Source: an uncultured virus (IMG/VR IMGVR_UViG_3300042861_002374) (lineage: Varidnaviria; Bamfordvirae). From it: a stretch of DNA of 64,000 nt. The DNA lies in the IMG/VR virus record IMGVR_UViG_3300042861_002374. One strand, 5' to 3'. A model generated the notes under the pieces. That model saw only the letters and a program-made list of their open reading frames with translations. It was not told the origin of the DNA and ran no database searches. The position numbers and the translations under genes are program-made. Positions 1-10,473 of this stretch are shown here, piece by piece (position 1 is the first letter of the stretch; every line of letters starts with the position of its first letter).

Positions 1-1
1 T

Positions 2-604
2 GTTGGTAAGACTTGTCAATCACAGCCACTTCCACAATGTACGGGTACTAGTTATGACTGTAGTAATAACAGTTGCACATGCCCCAGCTCAACACCAACC
101 TGTGTTGGTAAGATTTGTACATCACCGACACTTCCACCCTGTACGGGTGATAGTTACAATTGCGGAAATAACACTTGCTCATGCTCAACAGGAAACTGTG
201 GTATTACTAGTGGTCAATGTTCTTCGTTGAATACAGAACCACTAAATATTAAATGTGGTGATTCGTCATTCAATATCCTATTTACTATTTCACAACCTAT
301 AACAAAAGACAGCTTTGTTAATGGAAACTCACAAGATCAACCGACGGGATGTTGGGCATTAAATGATCACAATTTTTCTGGGTTTATAAAACCTGACGCC
401 ACTCCTCGCGGGATAACATCTATTACAGTACCATCTAATATGAGAGTAACCAGTTATATGTGTAATAGCGGTACCGGTGATGCAAAATTCATTAATATGT
501 TCAAACCTGATAATCTTCTAACCATTTATCCACGTGGTTCTGAAACAATTCTGGACGCATCTGCAGGAAATAAAATTTATGGATTTAAATTTGAATACGT
601 ATAA
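2..604 (+). CDS. 3' end of a Cys-rich repeat protein (5'-truncated by window edge)
   Basis: Frame +2 is open from base 2 into the 227..604 ORF: VGKTCQSQPLPQCTGTSYDCSNNSCTCPSSTPTC / VGKICTSPTLPPCTGDSYNCGNNTCSCSTGNC (about 34-aa Cys repeats). Confidence 0.75.
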   Translation, partial: VGKTCQSQPLPQCTGTSYDCSNNSCTCPSSTPTCVGKICTSPTLPPCTGDSYNCGNNTCSCSTGNCGITSGQCSSLNTEPLNIKCGDSSFNILFTISQPITKDSFVNGNSQDQPTGCWALNDHNFSGFIKPDATPRGITSITVPSNMRVTSYMCNSGTGDAKFINMFKPDNLLTIYPRGSETILDASAGNKIYGFKFEYV

Positions 605-713
605 GACGAATACACTAGAATTATATATATATATAATTAGATTCATATAAATAGAGAAATAGCAGAGATTTACTAGGTATATTAACAGTATGTTATCATA
701 TTAATAAGAAATA

Positions 714-956
714 TCAAAAATACAAATCGTAATATTCTAGATTTAAAAAAAGTGGTGTTAAAAATATATCAGCTTTATAATAATATTCTGATAAAATTCT
801 TGATCTTTTTATACCTAAATCTAATAAAATGTATGATGTTAGTCTTTGGTGAAGAATTTCATCGAGTGTCTCATTTTTAGAGTAAAAATGAAACACGTCT
901 TTCATTTCGAGCCCTTTTTCTCTTAAATGTTTTTCAATCAAGTAATCTTTTTTCAT
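714..956 (-). CDS. hypothetical protein
   Basis: 80-aa ATG ORF filling the gap between genes. Confidence 0.5.
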   Translation of the reverse strand: MKKDYLIEKHLREKGLEMKDVFHFYSKNETLDEILHQRLTSYILLDLGIKRSRILSEYYYKADIFLTPLFLNLEYYDLYF

Positions 957-988
957 TTCTTCTTATCTATAAGAAGAAATACTAAGAA

Positions 989-1666
989 ATGAATTATATG
1001 TTTGATTATTTTATTCCATTTATCGGTATGTTATTAACACCACTAGTGGATTTCACTCTTTATTCAGTGTCGTCCTTTTTAGTCAACCCATCTGAATTTA
1101 AGATATCAAGACAAAAACGAGTTCTACAAGACTGGCATGGTAATATAATAAATTATGTAATTACTTGGTACTTAATATATTATCGATTTACATGGGGAGT
1201 ACCACACTTGTTTGACGGATTGCTATCATTGTTGTATTTCTTCATTGTTGATACAACATTTTACTTTTTACATAGAGGATGTCATGTCTTCTTATATTAT
1301 CAAATACATCAGAAACACCACTTATGTCAGCCTATTGGTTCTCATTGTGCGAGACATAGTCATTGGATAGATGCAACACTTGAAAATCTTAGCTTTTTTA
1401 CACCATTTTTTATTTGTAATTACAATGCATATTGTGCCTTTATATGTTTAATAATTAACACTATATGGGCTTCTTATATACATACTTATCCAATAAAAAT
1501 AAAGAAAGCCGGATTTATGAATTCACCATACTTACACTGGATTCATCATCAGTATGGTAGTATATCATCATGTAATTATTCTTTGTATTTCACGATATTG
1601 GATCGCTTATTTGGAACATTGAATCAAAAAAGTAAGGAAAAATTACAAATCAATAACATATCTTAA
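989..1666 (+). CDS. sterol desaturase / fatty acid hydroxylase family protein
   Basis: His boxes HRGCH, HQKHH, HWIHH; NYSLYFTILDRLFGT motif; hydrophobic segments. Confidence 0.9.
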   Translation: MNYMFDYFIPFIGMLLTPLVDFTLYSVSSFLVNPSEFKISRQKRVLQDWHGNIINYVITWYLIYYRFTWGVPHLFDGLLSLLYFFIVDTTFYFLHRGCHVFLYYQIHQKHHLCQPIGSHCARHSHWIDATLENLSFFTPFFICNYNAYCAFICLIINTIWASYIHTYPIKIKKAGFMNSPYLHWIHHQYGSISSCNYSLYFTILDRLFGTLNQKSKEKLQINNIS

Positions 1667-2225
1667 AAAACACGTCTATTTGGTGGTTGCGGTGGTCGTG
1701 ATAGTTGTTGTATGATTGCATTTTGTTGAACTATAAGTTCTTCTTGTTCTTCATTTTGTTCTTCTTTTTGTTTTATCACTGCTTTTAGTTCAACTATAAG
1801 TTGTTCTTTTTCTTGATTTTGTTGTTCTTGATGTTGTATGACTGCTTTTTGTTGAAGTATAAGTTCTTCTTGTTTTTCTTTTTGCCTTTTATATTTTGTT
1901 TACCATTAGTTTAGCTTCATCCATACTCTCTTTTGTAGGTCTTGATGGATTTTCTATATTTTTCGTCAAGATCATGTGCTTTTTTGATAACCTATTCGTT
2001 TATTTTTGAAATTCTGGCTCTTTGTATTTCTGAATTAGGAGGAAGATTTTCAAAAATTAATACAGTATACTGATAAGGTTTTAAACAAAGAGGACATACG
2101 CATTCGTCAAGATTTTCGTCTCTATTATACAAATCTTGTCTAATACACACACTATCAAATTTATGTCCACAACCAAGTGTTGTTGTTTTTTCTTTAAAAG
2201 GTTCATTACATAACAAACAAGTCAT
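1663..2225 (-). pseudogene. disrupted copy of the RING/coiled-coil gene at 5690..6304
   Basis: RING N-terminus ends at a premature stop (1992); 1663-1990 is nucleotide-homologous to the 3' half of 5690..6304 with deletions and frameshifts. Confidence 0.8.
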
Positions 2226-2236
2226 TTAATTTATAT

Positions 2237-2406
2237 ATTTTATTTTAGATCTTATTTCAGGAATCGTGTCAAATAAATCTCCAACAATACCAAATATTGG
2301 TGCGTTAGCGTATTTATTAATAGGAACAATTAGTTTTGAGTGTTTCATTCAGGAGAGATTCTGAATAAATATTACTAATGCAAAGTAAATTTGCGGTGCT
2401 ACAATC
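2237..2406 (-). pseudogene. ETF alpha subunit C-terminal remnant (copy 1)
   Basis: Translates IVAPQIYFAL...[32 protein letters not shown], matching the ETF-alpha FAD-domain motif [34 protein letters not shown]. Confidence 0.75.
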
Positions 2407-2491
2407 TAGCTAAGCGACTATTTTGGTCTATGGCGGATGACTAGAGCACATGCACACTAGAAATCGACAATCACGGCCTGAACAAGGTTCA

Positions 2492-4819
2492 CTAGTTCTT
2501 TCGCAAAAAGACTTCATTTTTCTGCAATCTTCTCTTATAATAAACACCAACTGATCCGATTTCTCCTTTTTTAAATAGAGTATCTGCTAGAATAAAAATA
2601 TCTGACTCATTTTCATATGTATTAGTTAAGTTTACATTTGTGTTCTTTGTATCCGATTTTTGAGCTAAGTTATTAGCTAATATCTTTTCTGAGTCAGAAA
2701 GACCATAGTTTAATATTTTAATATTTGAAACAGAATTGATAAGAGACATTTTTTCTATAAAATTGCAATTTTCTTTAGACGGATCAATTGCGTATACAAT
2801 TATATCACTTCTACCGATATTTTTAAGAGCTAATGCAATTGACACAGAAAAATCTCCAATATGTGCTTCTATATCTATTATACCATAATTAGGCTTATTA
2901 TTTTTTGCATATTGAAAAATAGCTTTTTTTTCTTCTATGTCGTAATAAAGTCCTGTCAACTTCTTTTTTGTAAATTCGCTTTCTTCCCATAACATATCTG
3001 AACCATCTATTGGATTTTTAAGAGATATAATTTTTATTACATCTGACTCTTTCTTTTTTCCACCCCAGTCACTACCTTCGTACCAAAGTGTTGTTGCGTA
3101 ATTATTGTAAATCCCCGAACATTGTTTGCTAAAATTACTATCACCAATAATAGATAGAAAATCACAACTATTCCCGAATAGAACTTTATTTCTATTATTT
3201 TTATAATAATTATATAAACCTACAGGTCCGGTTTTTTCCATAACTCCTTCGATATCTTTGTTTTTTTCCATTTTCTCAATCCAACCAAGAATAAATGGAT
3301 GATTTTTATATGCTGCGAAAATTCCATTACATATATGTTTAGTACTACTAAAATGTTCATTAGGTTCGTATATAAAATATGAGTCACCTGATAATAGTTC
3401 CGATAGATTTTGCTTACAGTAAAAATCAAGATCCATATATAATCCTCCATATATTGCAACTACTACAAATCTAGCAAAATCACATTTGCATATATTAGGT
3501 TTCAATTCTTTATAAAACTGCAAATATTGAGGGAAATATGTACTTATTAAATCTAAAATATCTTTTCCAGACCAATACATAAACCTAAAATTTTTGTTAT
3601 TATCATAAAAAGTTTTAATATTTTTAACATATTTTTCAGGTAATCTCACATTTTCATATGGTGTATCTTTTGATATCCACATATTATGTATTATATAAGG
3701 GATGGGATTTGTTCCTCTTACTAAAGATATTAATGTGTTCTTAAATTCAATATCGTCCTTTATAAATTCTATTCTAGCTTGTTTTCCTATTTTAGAAAGT
3801 TCATTGTCTGTCATACTTATTATTTTATTAACAGCATTTTCAATACTTTCTAATGTAGTTTTATATATTGGACATATATTGTTTACAAAACCATTTTGTT
3901 GTGATTTAACTGCTATTCCACTAATACCATCCTTAAATCTTTCTTGAAAACATGGAATATCTGTGTATAATACTACAGATTCTGTTGATCTTGCTTCATT
4001 ACTGGTGTGTCCAAAACCTTCAAATTCAGATGTACAGATATGAACTCCGTATTCGTTCATATATTTTATAATATCATTTTCACTAATAAAACTCGTTATT
4101 AATTTTATATTATCATACTCTTTCCCTTTTAATATTTTATTAATATTATCAACTACTAAATATATATTGTTACATATAATAGTTAAAACAGGCCATTCTT
4201 TATGTTTTAACCACGCATCAATTAGATACAAAGTACCTTTATTTGGTGATTTACCTACTATATGTATTATTTTTCTATAATTCTTCTTTATTTCTGGTTT
4301 AAATTTATCCATACTTGTAAAGCCTGTGTATAATATATTTTTTTCAGAAGAGAATTCATTAAATAATATATCGAATGTTTGTCTGTTTTTACATAGAATA
4401 TTACTAGGACTATTTATATCTTTTAATTTATTAAAATCTGTAGCATCTAAATTAACGAATATCCAATCATTAATAGTTGCATAATTATCAAATAATTCAA
4501 AATAAAAGTATGGAGTTGCTTTAACAGATTTTAAAATATTACAAACAACAGATTCATCAAATAATAAACCAGGACTATCTGATATACTATAAGTATTGCA
4601 TTTGTTTAATTTGTTTCCATAATATTTATGACTTAATTTCATTCTTTTTTTTTTGTTTACATGACTTAAATCTATTCCTTTTTCTTTGTTTACATGACTT
4701 AAATCTATTCTTTTTTGTTTGTGTGATACATATTTTGTATTTTTAAAAAATAATTTATATATTGAAAAACCAACTAATAAACTTAATGAAAGCAGTATTA
4801 GTACTATTAGACATTTCAT
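2492..4819 (-). CDS. multi-domain glycosyltransferase (TM anchor + GT-B/GT4-like + DXD GT32-like + partial FkbM-like methyltransferase)
   Basis: EGFGHTSNEA; IPYIIHNMW...CDFARFVVVAIYGGLYMDLD; IIDIEAHIGDFS...VYAIDPS; N-terminal hydrophobic helix. Confidence 0.8.
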   Translation of the reverse strand: MKCLIVLILLSLSLLVGFSIYKLFFKNTKYVSHKQKRIDLSHVNKEKGIDLSHVNKKKRMKLSHKYYGNKLNKCNTYSISDSPGLLFDESVVCNILKSVKATPYFYFELFDNYATINDWIFVNLDATDFNKLKDINSPSNILCKNRQTFDILFNEFSSEKNILYTGFTSMDKFKPEIKKNYRKIIHIVGKSPNKGTLYLIDAWLKHKEWPVLTIICNNIYLVVDNINKILKGKEYDNIKLITSFISENDIIKYMNEYGVHICTSEFEGFGHTSNEARSTESVVLYTDIPCFQERFKDGISGIAVKSQQNGFVNNICPIYKTTLESIENAVNKIISMTDNELSKIGKQARIEFIKDDIEFKNTLISLVRGTNPIPYIIHNMWISKDTPYENVRLPEKYVKNIKTFYDNNKNFRFMYWSGKDILDLISTYFPQYLQFYKELKPNICKCDFARFVVVAIYGGLYMDLDFYCKQNLSELLSGDSYFIYEPNEHFSSTKHICNGIFAAYKNHPFILGWIEKMEKNKDIEGVMEKTGPVGLYNYYKNNRNKVLFGNSCDFLSIIGDSNFSKQCSGIYNNYATTLWYEGSDWGGKKKESDVIKIISLKNPIDGSDMLWEESEFTKKKLTGLYYDIEEKKAIFQYAKNNKPNYGIIDIEAHIGDFSVSIALALKNIGRSDIIVYAIDPSKENCNFIEKMSLINSVSNIKILNYGLSDSEKILANNLAQKSDTKNTNVNLTNTYENESDIFILADTLFKKGEIGSVGVYYKRRLQKNEVFLRKN

Positions 4820-4864
4820 TTATTATAATATTTATTATAATATTTAATTTTCTTTTACAAAAAG

Positions 4865-4980
4865 TCCATATAGTTAGAAAAAGTAGCTGGCATCTACTGC
4901 TGTAAGCGAAGCTCTAACAGCTGCTCCTATCTTGTCAATAATTTCCAAGATGAACATTATTTTGTAACTCCATTGCCACA
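4865..4980 (-). pseudogene. ETF alpha subunit internal remnant
   Basis: Translates EIIDKIGAAVRASLTAVDASY, compared with ETF-alpha LADxLxAAVGASRAAVDAG. Confidence 0.65.
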
Positions 4981-5004
4981 GTTACAGTAGAAGAGTTAAT
5001 TGTT

Positions 5005-5145
5005 ATGTTATTGTGATCACAATAGCTTTTTTTCTTTTATTATAACGCAAACCTCTTAGTGTTAGGCATTTCTTAGAAGTTTTTTGATGTGTTTTAGGTT
5101 TTTTCCACTAGCAGACATAATTGCGTTACAGTATTGACATTGCAT
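5005..5145 (-). pseudogene. remnant of C2HC zinc-finger family gene
   Basis: MQCQYCNAIMS...(frameshift)KTHQKTSKKCL, same motif as the N-termini of 29167..30573 and 43094..44038. Confidence 0.6.
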
Positions 5146-5259
5146 TTTTCTAAATAAAGAACTTATTCTTATTATATAGTTATAAAATCAAATTTTATGC
5201 AGGAATATCAGAACAAATAATACAAAAAAATTAGTATTATTTTAAAAAGATAAAAATTT

Positions 5260-5437
5260 TTAGTCTAAATCATCTGAAACACGTGGTTCTTCTGGTGTTT
5301 TGCTATACAAATCTTTTGCAAGCACTTGTACCTGATCAATCTTCATTTTTAGATCTTCTTTACTTGCGTCTGCATTGTTTTCAAGCCATTCATAAAAAGT
5401 CTTTCGCATATCAACTTTTTTTGTATATTGTTTCTTT
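5260..5437 (-). pseudogene. duplicated Hsp70 3' end
   Basis: Near-identical to 6964-7140. Confidence 0.9.
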
Positions 5438-5449
5438 TGTGTATTATCA

Positions 5450-5673
5450 TATATTGTGCCTTTATATGTTTAATAATTAACACTATATGGGCTTCGTATA
5501 TACATAATTATCCAAATAAGAATAGAGAAAGCCACATTTATGAATTCACCATACTTAAACTGGATTCATCATCAGTATGTAATTATTCTCTGTATTTCAC
5601 AATATTCGACCGAATGTTTGGAACATTGAATGAAAAAAGTAAGGAAAAATTACAAATCAATAACATATCTTAA
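5450..5673 (+). pseudogene. duplicated, frameshifted 3' end of sterol desaturase
   Basis: Homologous to about 1430-1666; third His box lost. Confidence 0.88.
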
Positions 5674-5689
5674 TGTGTTCATTTTAATC

Positions 5690-6304
5690 TTAAAAAACAC
5701 GTCTATTTGGTGGTTGCGGTGGTCGTGATAGTTGTTGTATGATTGCATTTTGTTGAACTATAAGTTCTTCTTGTTCTTCATTTTGTTCTTCTTTTTGTTT
5801 TATCACTCCTTTTAGTTCAACTATAAGTTCTTCTTTTTGTTGTATGACTGCTTTTTGTTCAAGTATAAGTTCTTCTTTTTGTTGTATGACTGCTTTTTGC
5901 TGAAGTATAAGTTCTTCTTGTTTTTCTTTTCGTCGTTGTTCTTTTTGTTTTATACGTTGTTTATACATTAGTTTAGCTTCATCCATACTCTCTTTTGTTG
6001 GAGCTGGTGTATATTTATTTAGTGGGTGCTCTCTTTGATGTTCTTCATCAAGCTCATATGCGCGTTTTCTAACTAAATCTTGTATTTTTAAAATTCGTTC
6101 TCTTTGAATCTTTGAAGTAGGAATATATACATTTATTAGTAAACTAGAGTTATAAGGTTTTAAACAAATAGGGCATGTGCATGGTTCAAGAATTTCTGAT
6201 TTATTAAAAAAATCTTGTCTAAGACACGTTTTGTCAAATGTATGACCACAATCAAGTGTAATTGTATTTTCTCCAAAAGGTTGATTACATAACAAACAAG
6301 TCAT
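5690..6304 (-). CDS. RING finger protein with coiled-coil repeats
   Basis: CLLC-x11-CGHTFDKTC-x15-CPIC; repeated QQKEELI. Confidence 0.85.
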   Translation of the reverse strand: MTCLLCNQPFGENTITLDCGHTFDKTCLRQDFFNKSEILEPCTCPICLKPYNSSLLINVYIPTSKIQRERILKIQDLVRKRAYELDEEHQREHPLNKYTPAPTKESMDEAKLMYKQRIKQKEQRRKEKQEELILQQKAVIQQKEELILEQKAVIQQKEELIVELKGVIKQKEEQNEEQEELIVQQNAIIQQLSRPPQPPNRRVF

Positions 6305-6345
6305 TTAATTTATATATGGTATATATAAATTAAATTGATTTTTAT

Positions 6346-6488
6346 CTATTTTATTTTAGATGTTATTTCAGGAATCGTGTCAAATAAATCTCCAACAATA
6401 CCAAATATTGGTGCATCAGCATCTTTATTAATGGAAACAATTACTTTTGAGTCCTTCATTCCGGCAAGATGCTGAATAGCTCCAGATA
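6346..6488 (-). pseudogene. ETF alpha subunit C-terminal remnant (copy 2)
   Basis: [41 protein letters not shown]. Confidence 0.85.
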
Positions 6489-6489
6489 G

Positions 6490-6913
6490 TATTGAAAAAT
6501 TACTTGGAAAATTAGAGGTGAATATAAAGGCAGTCATATACCGGTAAATTGTATTTGTAAAAATGGTCATTCTTGTAATCCTAATACTGCTATGTGTTTT
6601 TCGTTGTTGTAATAAAGGATATTCTAAAATATCTATTAACTGGTTAATTCTATTTCTAATGATATACAACACGCAGAAAATAAAGGTGAATTTAAAATAC
6701 CAAATATTGGTAAAGTAGATGGATACAATCATAAAACAAATACTGTATATGAGTTTCATGGATGTCAAAAAATGTTATAAGTCTACGTGAATCCTATCAA
6801 TTATAAAAAAGCGTGTGATCTTTATTCTAAAACTATAGAACGTTCAATGGCTATTAGAAAATGCTGGTTATAATTTAGTAGAAATCTGGAAGTGTGATTT
6901 TAAAGAAAATTAA
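6490..6913 (+). pseudogene. frameshifted zinc-ribbon + restriction-fold (Vsr/PD-(D/E)xK-like) endonuclease
   Basis: Pieced across frames: [17 protein letters not shown]...[13 protein letters not shown]...[33 protein letters not shown]...LYSKTIER...GYNLVEIWKCDF*. Confidence 0.75.
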
Positions 6914-6925
6914 TGCGACTAAGTA

Positions 6926-6949
6926 ATTTTTAAGATTTTTCTTAAAAAT
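6926..6949. terminator. 3' hairpin (10-bp stem) downstream of Hsp70
   Basis: atttttaaga-tttt-tcttaaaaat. Confidence 0.55.
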
Positions 6950-6963
6950 AAACAATAACAATT

Positions 6964-8829
6964 TTAGTCTAAATCATCCGAAACAGGTGGTTCTTCTGGT
7001 GTTTTGCTATACAAGTCTTTTGCTAGCACTTGTACCTGATCAATCTTCATTTTTAGATCTTCTTTACTTGCGTCTGGATTGTTTTCAAGCCATTCAGAAA
7101 AAGTGTTCAATATCTCAAGAGTTTTTATATATTGTTCCTTTTCAGTTTCAGATGTGTCTTCTTGCTTAATTTTATCATTATATGAATTTTTGGTAGTGTA
7201 AATCATGTTCTCCAAAGAATTTCTCATTTCCAAACGCTCTCTTAGCTCTTCATCCTCTTGTTTATATTTTTCTGCATCTTCTGTCATTCTTTGTATGTCT
7301 TCTTTTGTAAGCCTGGAACTATCATTTGTGATGGTAATTTTATTACTTTTTCCACTACCCTTTTCTACAGCTGACACGTTTAAAATACCATTTGAATCTA
7401 TATCAAAAGTAACTTCAACTTGTGGCACTCCTCTTGGAGCAGGAGGGATACCAGTCAGATCAAAATTACCTAACTTATGATTATCTTTAGTCATAGTTCT
7501 TTCACCCTCAAATACTTGGATGTTGACACCTGGTTGATTATCTGAATAAGTGCTAAAAGTCTGTGTCTTCTTACTTGGAATAGTTGTGTTCCTCTCTATC
7601 AGTTTTGTCATAACTCCTCCTGCAGTCTCTATACCAAGTGATAGAGGTGTTACATCAATCAATAACAGAGAGTCGAGTGATTTTCCTTTCTCACCAGATA
7701 GCAAGGCTGCTTGTACAGCTGCACCATATGCAACTGCTTCGTCTACATTGACTGAATTATTAAGTTGTTTGCCGTTAAAGTATTGAGATAGAAGTTCCTG
7801 AACCTTAGGAATTCGAGAAGATCCTCCAACCAATACAATTTGATCTACTTGACCTTTTGATATTTGTGAATCCTTTAGAACCTTTTCAACTGGTTCCATG
7901 CACTTTGAAAACAAATCTTGATTTAATTCTTCAAATTTTGCTCTAGAAATAGTAGATGTAAAGTCTATTCCGTCAAAAAGAGAGTCAATCTCAATCGAAG
8001 CTTGTGAACTAGAAGATAGTGTTCTTTTTGCCTTCTCACAAGCAGATCTAAGACGATTTAGAGACCTTGCGGAAGTTGAAATATCCTTCTTGTGCTTTCG
8101 TTTAAATTCTGTCATAAAATGCTGCAACATTCTTGTATCAAAATCTTCTCCTCCAAGGTGAGTATCCCCTGCTGTCGCCTTGACTTCAAATACACCCTCG
8201 TCTATAGACAATAAACTTACATCAAAAGTACCTCCTCCCAAATCAAAGACCAAAATAGTTTGTTCTCCATTTTTTACATTATCAAGACCATATGCTATAG
8301 CGGCTGCTGTTGGCTCGTTAATAATCCTGAGAACATCTAGACCTGCTATATTACCTGCGTCCTTAGTTGCTTGTCTTTGCGCGTCGTTAAAATACGCAGG
8401 TACTGTAATTACAGCCTTTGTAACTGTTTCATTCAGAAAACCTTCTGCTATTTCCTTCATTTTAACCAAAATCATCGCACTTAGCTCCTCAGGACGGAAA
8501 TCTTTTGTATCTCCTTTATATTGAACTTGGATAAACGGTTTTCCACCTTTATCAACTACCGAGAAAGGCCAGTTTTTTATATCGTTTTGAACAGATTGAT
8601 CAGAGAATTGACGACCAATTAGTCGCTTTGCATCAAACACGCTGTTTTTTGGATTCATACTGCTTTGGTTCTTTGCAGCATCTCCAATTAAACGCTCTGT
8701 ATCTGTAAAAGCAATGTAACTGGGTGTTGTTCTATTTCCTTGATCATTTGCAATTATTTCTACACGCTCATTTTGCCAAACTCCGACACAACTATAGGTT
8801 GTTCCGAGATCAATTCCAATTGCTACCAT
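6964..8829 (-). CDS. hsp70: Hsp70 chaperone, eukaryotic cytosolic type
   Basis: [47 protein letters not shown]-terminus is DDLD rather than EEVD. Confidence 0.98.
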   Translation of the reverse strand: MVAIGIDLGTTYSCVGVWQNERVEIIANDQGNRTTPSYIAFTDTERLIGDAAKNQSSMNPKNSVFDAKRLIGRQFSDQSVQNDIKNWPFSVVDKGGKPFIQVQYKGDTKDFRPEELSAMILVKMKEIAEGFLNETVTKAVITVPAYFNDAQRQATKDAGNIAGLDVLRIINEPTAAAIAYGLDNVKNGEQTILVFDLGGGTFDVSLLSIDEGVFEVKATAGDTHLGGEDFDTRMLQHFMTEFKRKHKKDISTSARSLNRLRSACEKAKRTLSSSSQASIEIDSLFDGIDFTSTISRAKFEELNQDLFSKCMEPVEKVLKDSQISKGQVDQIVLVGGSSRIPKVQELLSQYFNGKQLNNSVNVDEAVAYGAAVQAALLSGEKGKSLDSLLLIDVTPLSLGIETAGGVMTKLIERNTTIPSKKTQTFSTYSDNQPGVNIQVFEGERTMTKDNHKLGNFDLTGIPPAPRGVPQVEVTFDIDSNGILNVSAVEKGSGKSNKITITNDSSRLTKEDIQRMTEDAEKYKQEDEELRERLEMRNSLENMIYTTKNSYNDKIKQEDTSETEKEQYIKTLEILNTFSEWLENNPDASKEDLKMKIDQVQVLAKDLYSKTPEEPPVSDDLD

Positions 8830-8908
8830 TTTTTGTATTAGATACATAGTTTTTAAGTTAGAATTTATAAAATTATTGTATTAAAGGTAAATTTATTAAA
8901 AATTAAAT

Positions 8909-9715
8909 ATGGAAAAAAAGAGTATGAAAACTTAATTTTTGAGGGAGGGGGTGTATTATCTTTTTCTTATTTTGGAGCTATTCTAGAACTAGAACGTATA
9001 GGAATGTTGCAAAAGTTTAAACGTTTTGCTGGTACAAGTATTGGTGCTATATTTGCAGCTTTATTAGCTGCTGATTTTACAGCATTCGAAATTTTAGGAT
9101 TAGAAAAAAAAATGTATAAGGAAATTTCATCTTGTAGATATGATTTGATTCATGCTTTTAATATTTTAAAGAATAATGGTATAAATTCATTGGATTCTCT
9201 AAAAAAACAAGTACAAAAAGTAATTAATAAAAAATTAAAACCAGATATTACATTGAATGAGCTTTTTAAAAAAACAGGAAAAGAATTGGTTTTAGTATCT
9301 TGCTGCGTAAATAGACAAAAAGCAGTCTATTTTCACCATTCTACTTTTGGAAATCTAAAATTAATAGATGCAATTATCGCAAGTTTAGCAGGTCCTCTAT
9401 TTTTTCAACCTATACAGCTTAGTGTTTTTGAAACAAAAGATTATTTTGTAGATGGTGGAATTGTTGATAATTATCCTATTTGGATATTTAATGATATTAA
9501 CGTTCTTTATAAAGGTGATTTTTGCAATGTTGATAAAACACAAGTTAATTCTAAAAACATTAGGTCTCAAACTTCTTTGTCTCGAAGATAAGAAAATAGA
9601 ACCTGAAAGAAAAGAAATCGATGATTTTTTTAATCTTTTTAACTTATTTGTCAATATTTTAACATCTCGTATCGACAAGATAAATTTTTCTTCTAGTTGG
9701 GAAAAAAACTGTTGC
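8909..9715 (+). pseudogene. patatin-like phospholipase, 5' part (homopolymer frameshifts; interrupted by IS607)
   Basis: LIFEGGG, GTSIG, DGG motifs; ATG at 8909 out of frame at an A7 run; further shifts near 9555 and 9705. Confidence 0.85.
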
Positions 9716-9770
9716 TTTTAAATCTATAAAAATAGGAAATGATCTAAAAGAATGACTTCTAAAATAAAAT

Positions 9771-9814
9771 ATGATACACAATGAAGAAAAATATGATACA
9801 CAATGAAGAAAAAT
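9771..9814 (+). repeat. perfect 22-bp tandem duplication over the start codons
   Basis: atgatacacaatgaagaaaaat x2. Confidence 0.95.
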
Positions 9815-10473
9815 ATCTTAGACCAGAAGAAGTGTCAAAAATACTCCAAGTTACTACTAGATCACTCGAAAATTGGAATAATCAAGGAATACTTAAATGC
9901 ATTAGAACAAAAGGAAACCACCGTAGATATCTCATGTCAGATGTCATCGCTATGTCAGCTAAAGAAAGACAACAACAAAAAAACAACAAAAGAAATATCT
10001 GTTATTGCAGAGTCTCAACTTCCTCTCAAAAAGAAGATTTGGAAAGACAAGTTGAGTATTTTAGATGTAAATATCCTGACTACGAAATCGTTAAAGATAT
10101 TGGATCAGGCCTTAATTTTAAAAGAAAAGGTTTTAACACCATTTTGGACTCCGCAATCAAAGGAGATATCGGAGAAGTTGTGGTTACCCACAAAGATAGA
10201 CTGTGTAGATTCGGTTTTGAGCTTGTCCTCAGAATCATTGAAAGCACCAATGGGAAAATCTTGGTTCTCGATAAAGAAGAAACATCCCCAGAAAAAGAAC
10301 TCGTTAATGACATTCTTTCAATCATCACAGTTTTCTCTTCCAGACTCTATGGACTCAGAAGACACTCAATTAAAAACAAAATACGGGAAGCCACCTCCGG
10401 TTCCTCTGAAAACACTGAAATTACGACTATTTCCGAATCAGGAGGAGGAAAAGAAACTTCAGATGATGTTTGA
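9781..10473 (+). CDS. tnpA: IS607 TnpA (MerR-like HTH + serine recombinase)
   Basis: RTKGNHRRY; YCRVS catalytic Ser; DIGSGLNFKRKG; HKDRLCRFGFE; FSSRLYG; ancestral start probably 9793. Confidence 0.95.
   Translation: MKKNMIHNEEKYLRPEEVSKILQVTTRSLENWNNQGILKCIRTKGNHRRYLMSDVIAMSAKERQQQKNNKRNICYCRVSTSSQKEDLERQVEYFRCKYPDYEIVKDIGSGLNFKRKGFNTILDSAIKGDIGEVVVTHKDRLCRFGFELVLRIIESTNGKILVLDKEETSPEKELVNDILSIITVFSSRLYGLRRHSIKNKIREATSGSSENTEITTISESGGGKETSDDV

Noticed and set aside
3..230. 75-aa frame +3 ORF
   Set aside because: The Cys-repeat frame +2, continuous with 227..604, is the plausible coding frame
6346..6768. 140-aa minus-strand ORF as a real ETF gene
   Set aside because: Chimera: only the last ~45 aa are ETF-alpha; the rest is antisense of the endonuclease remnant
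7205..8524. Antisense ORFs within Hsp70
   Set aside because: Commonplace antisense shadows of Hsp70 codon usage
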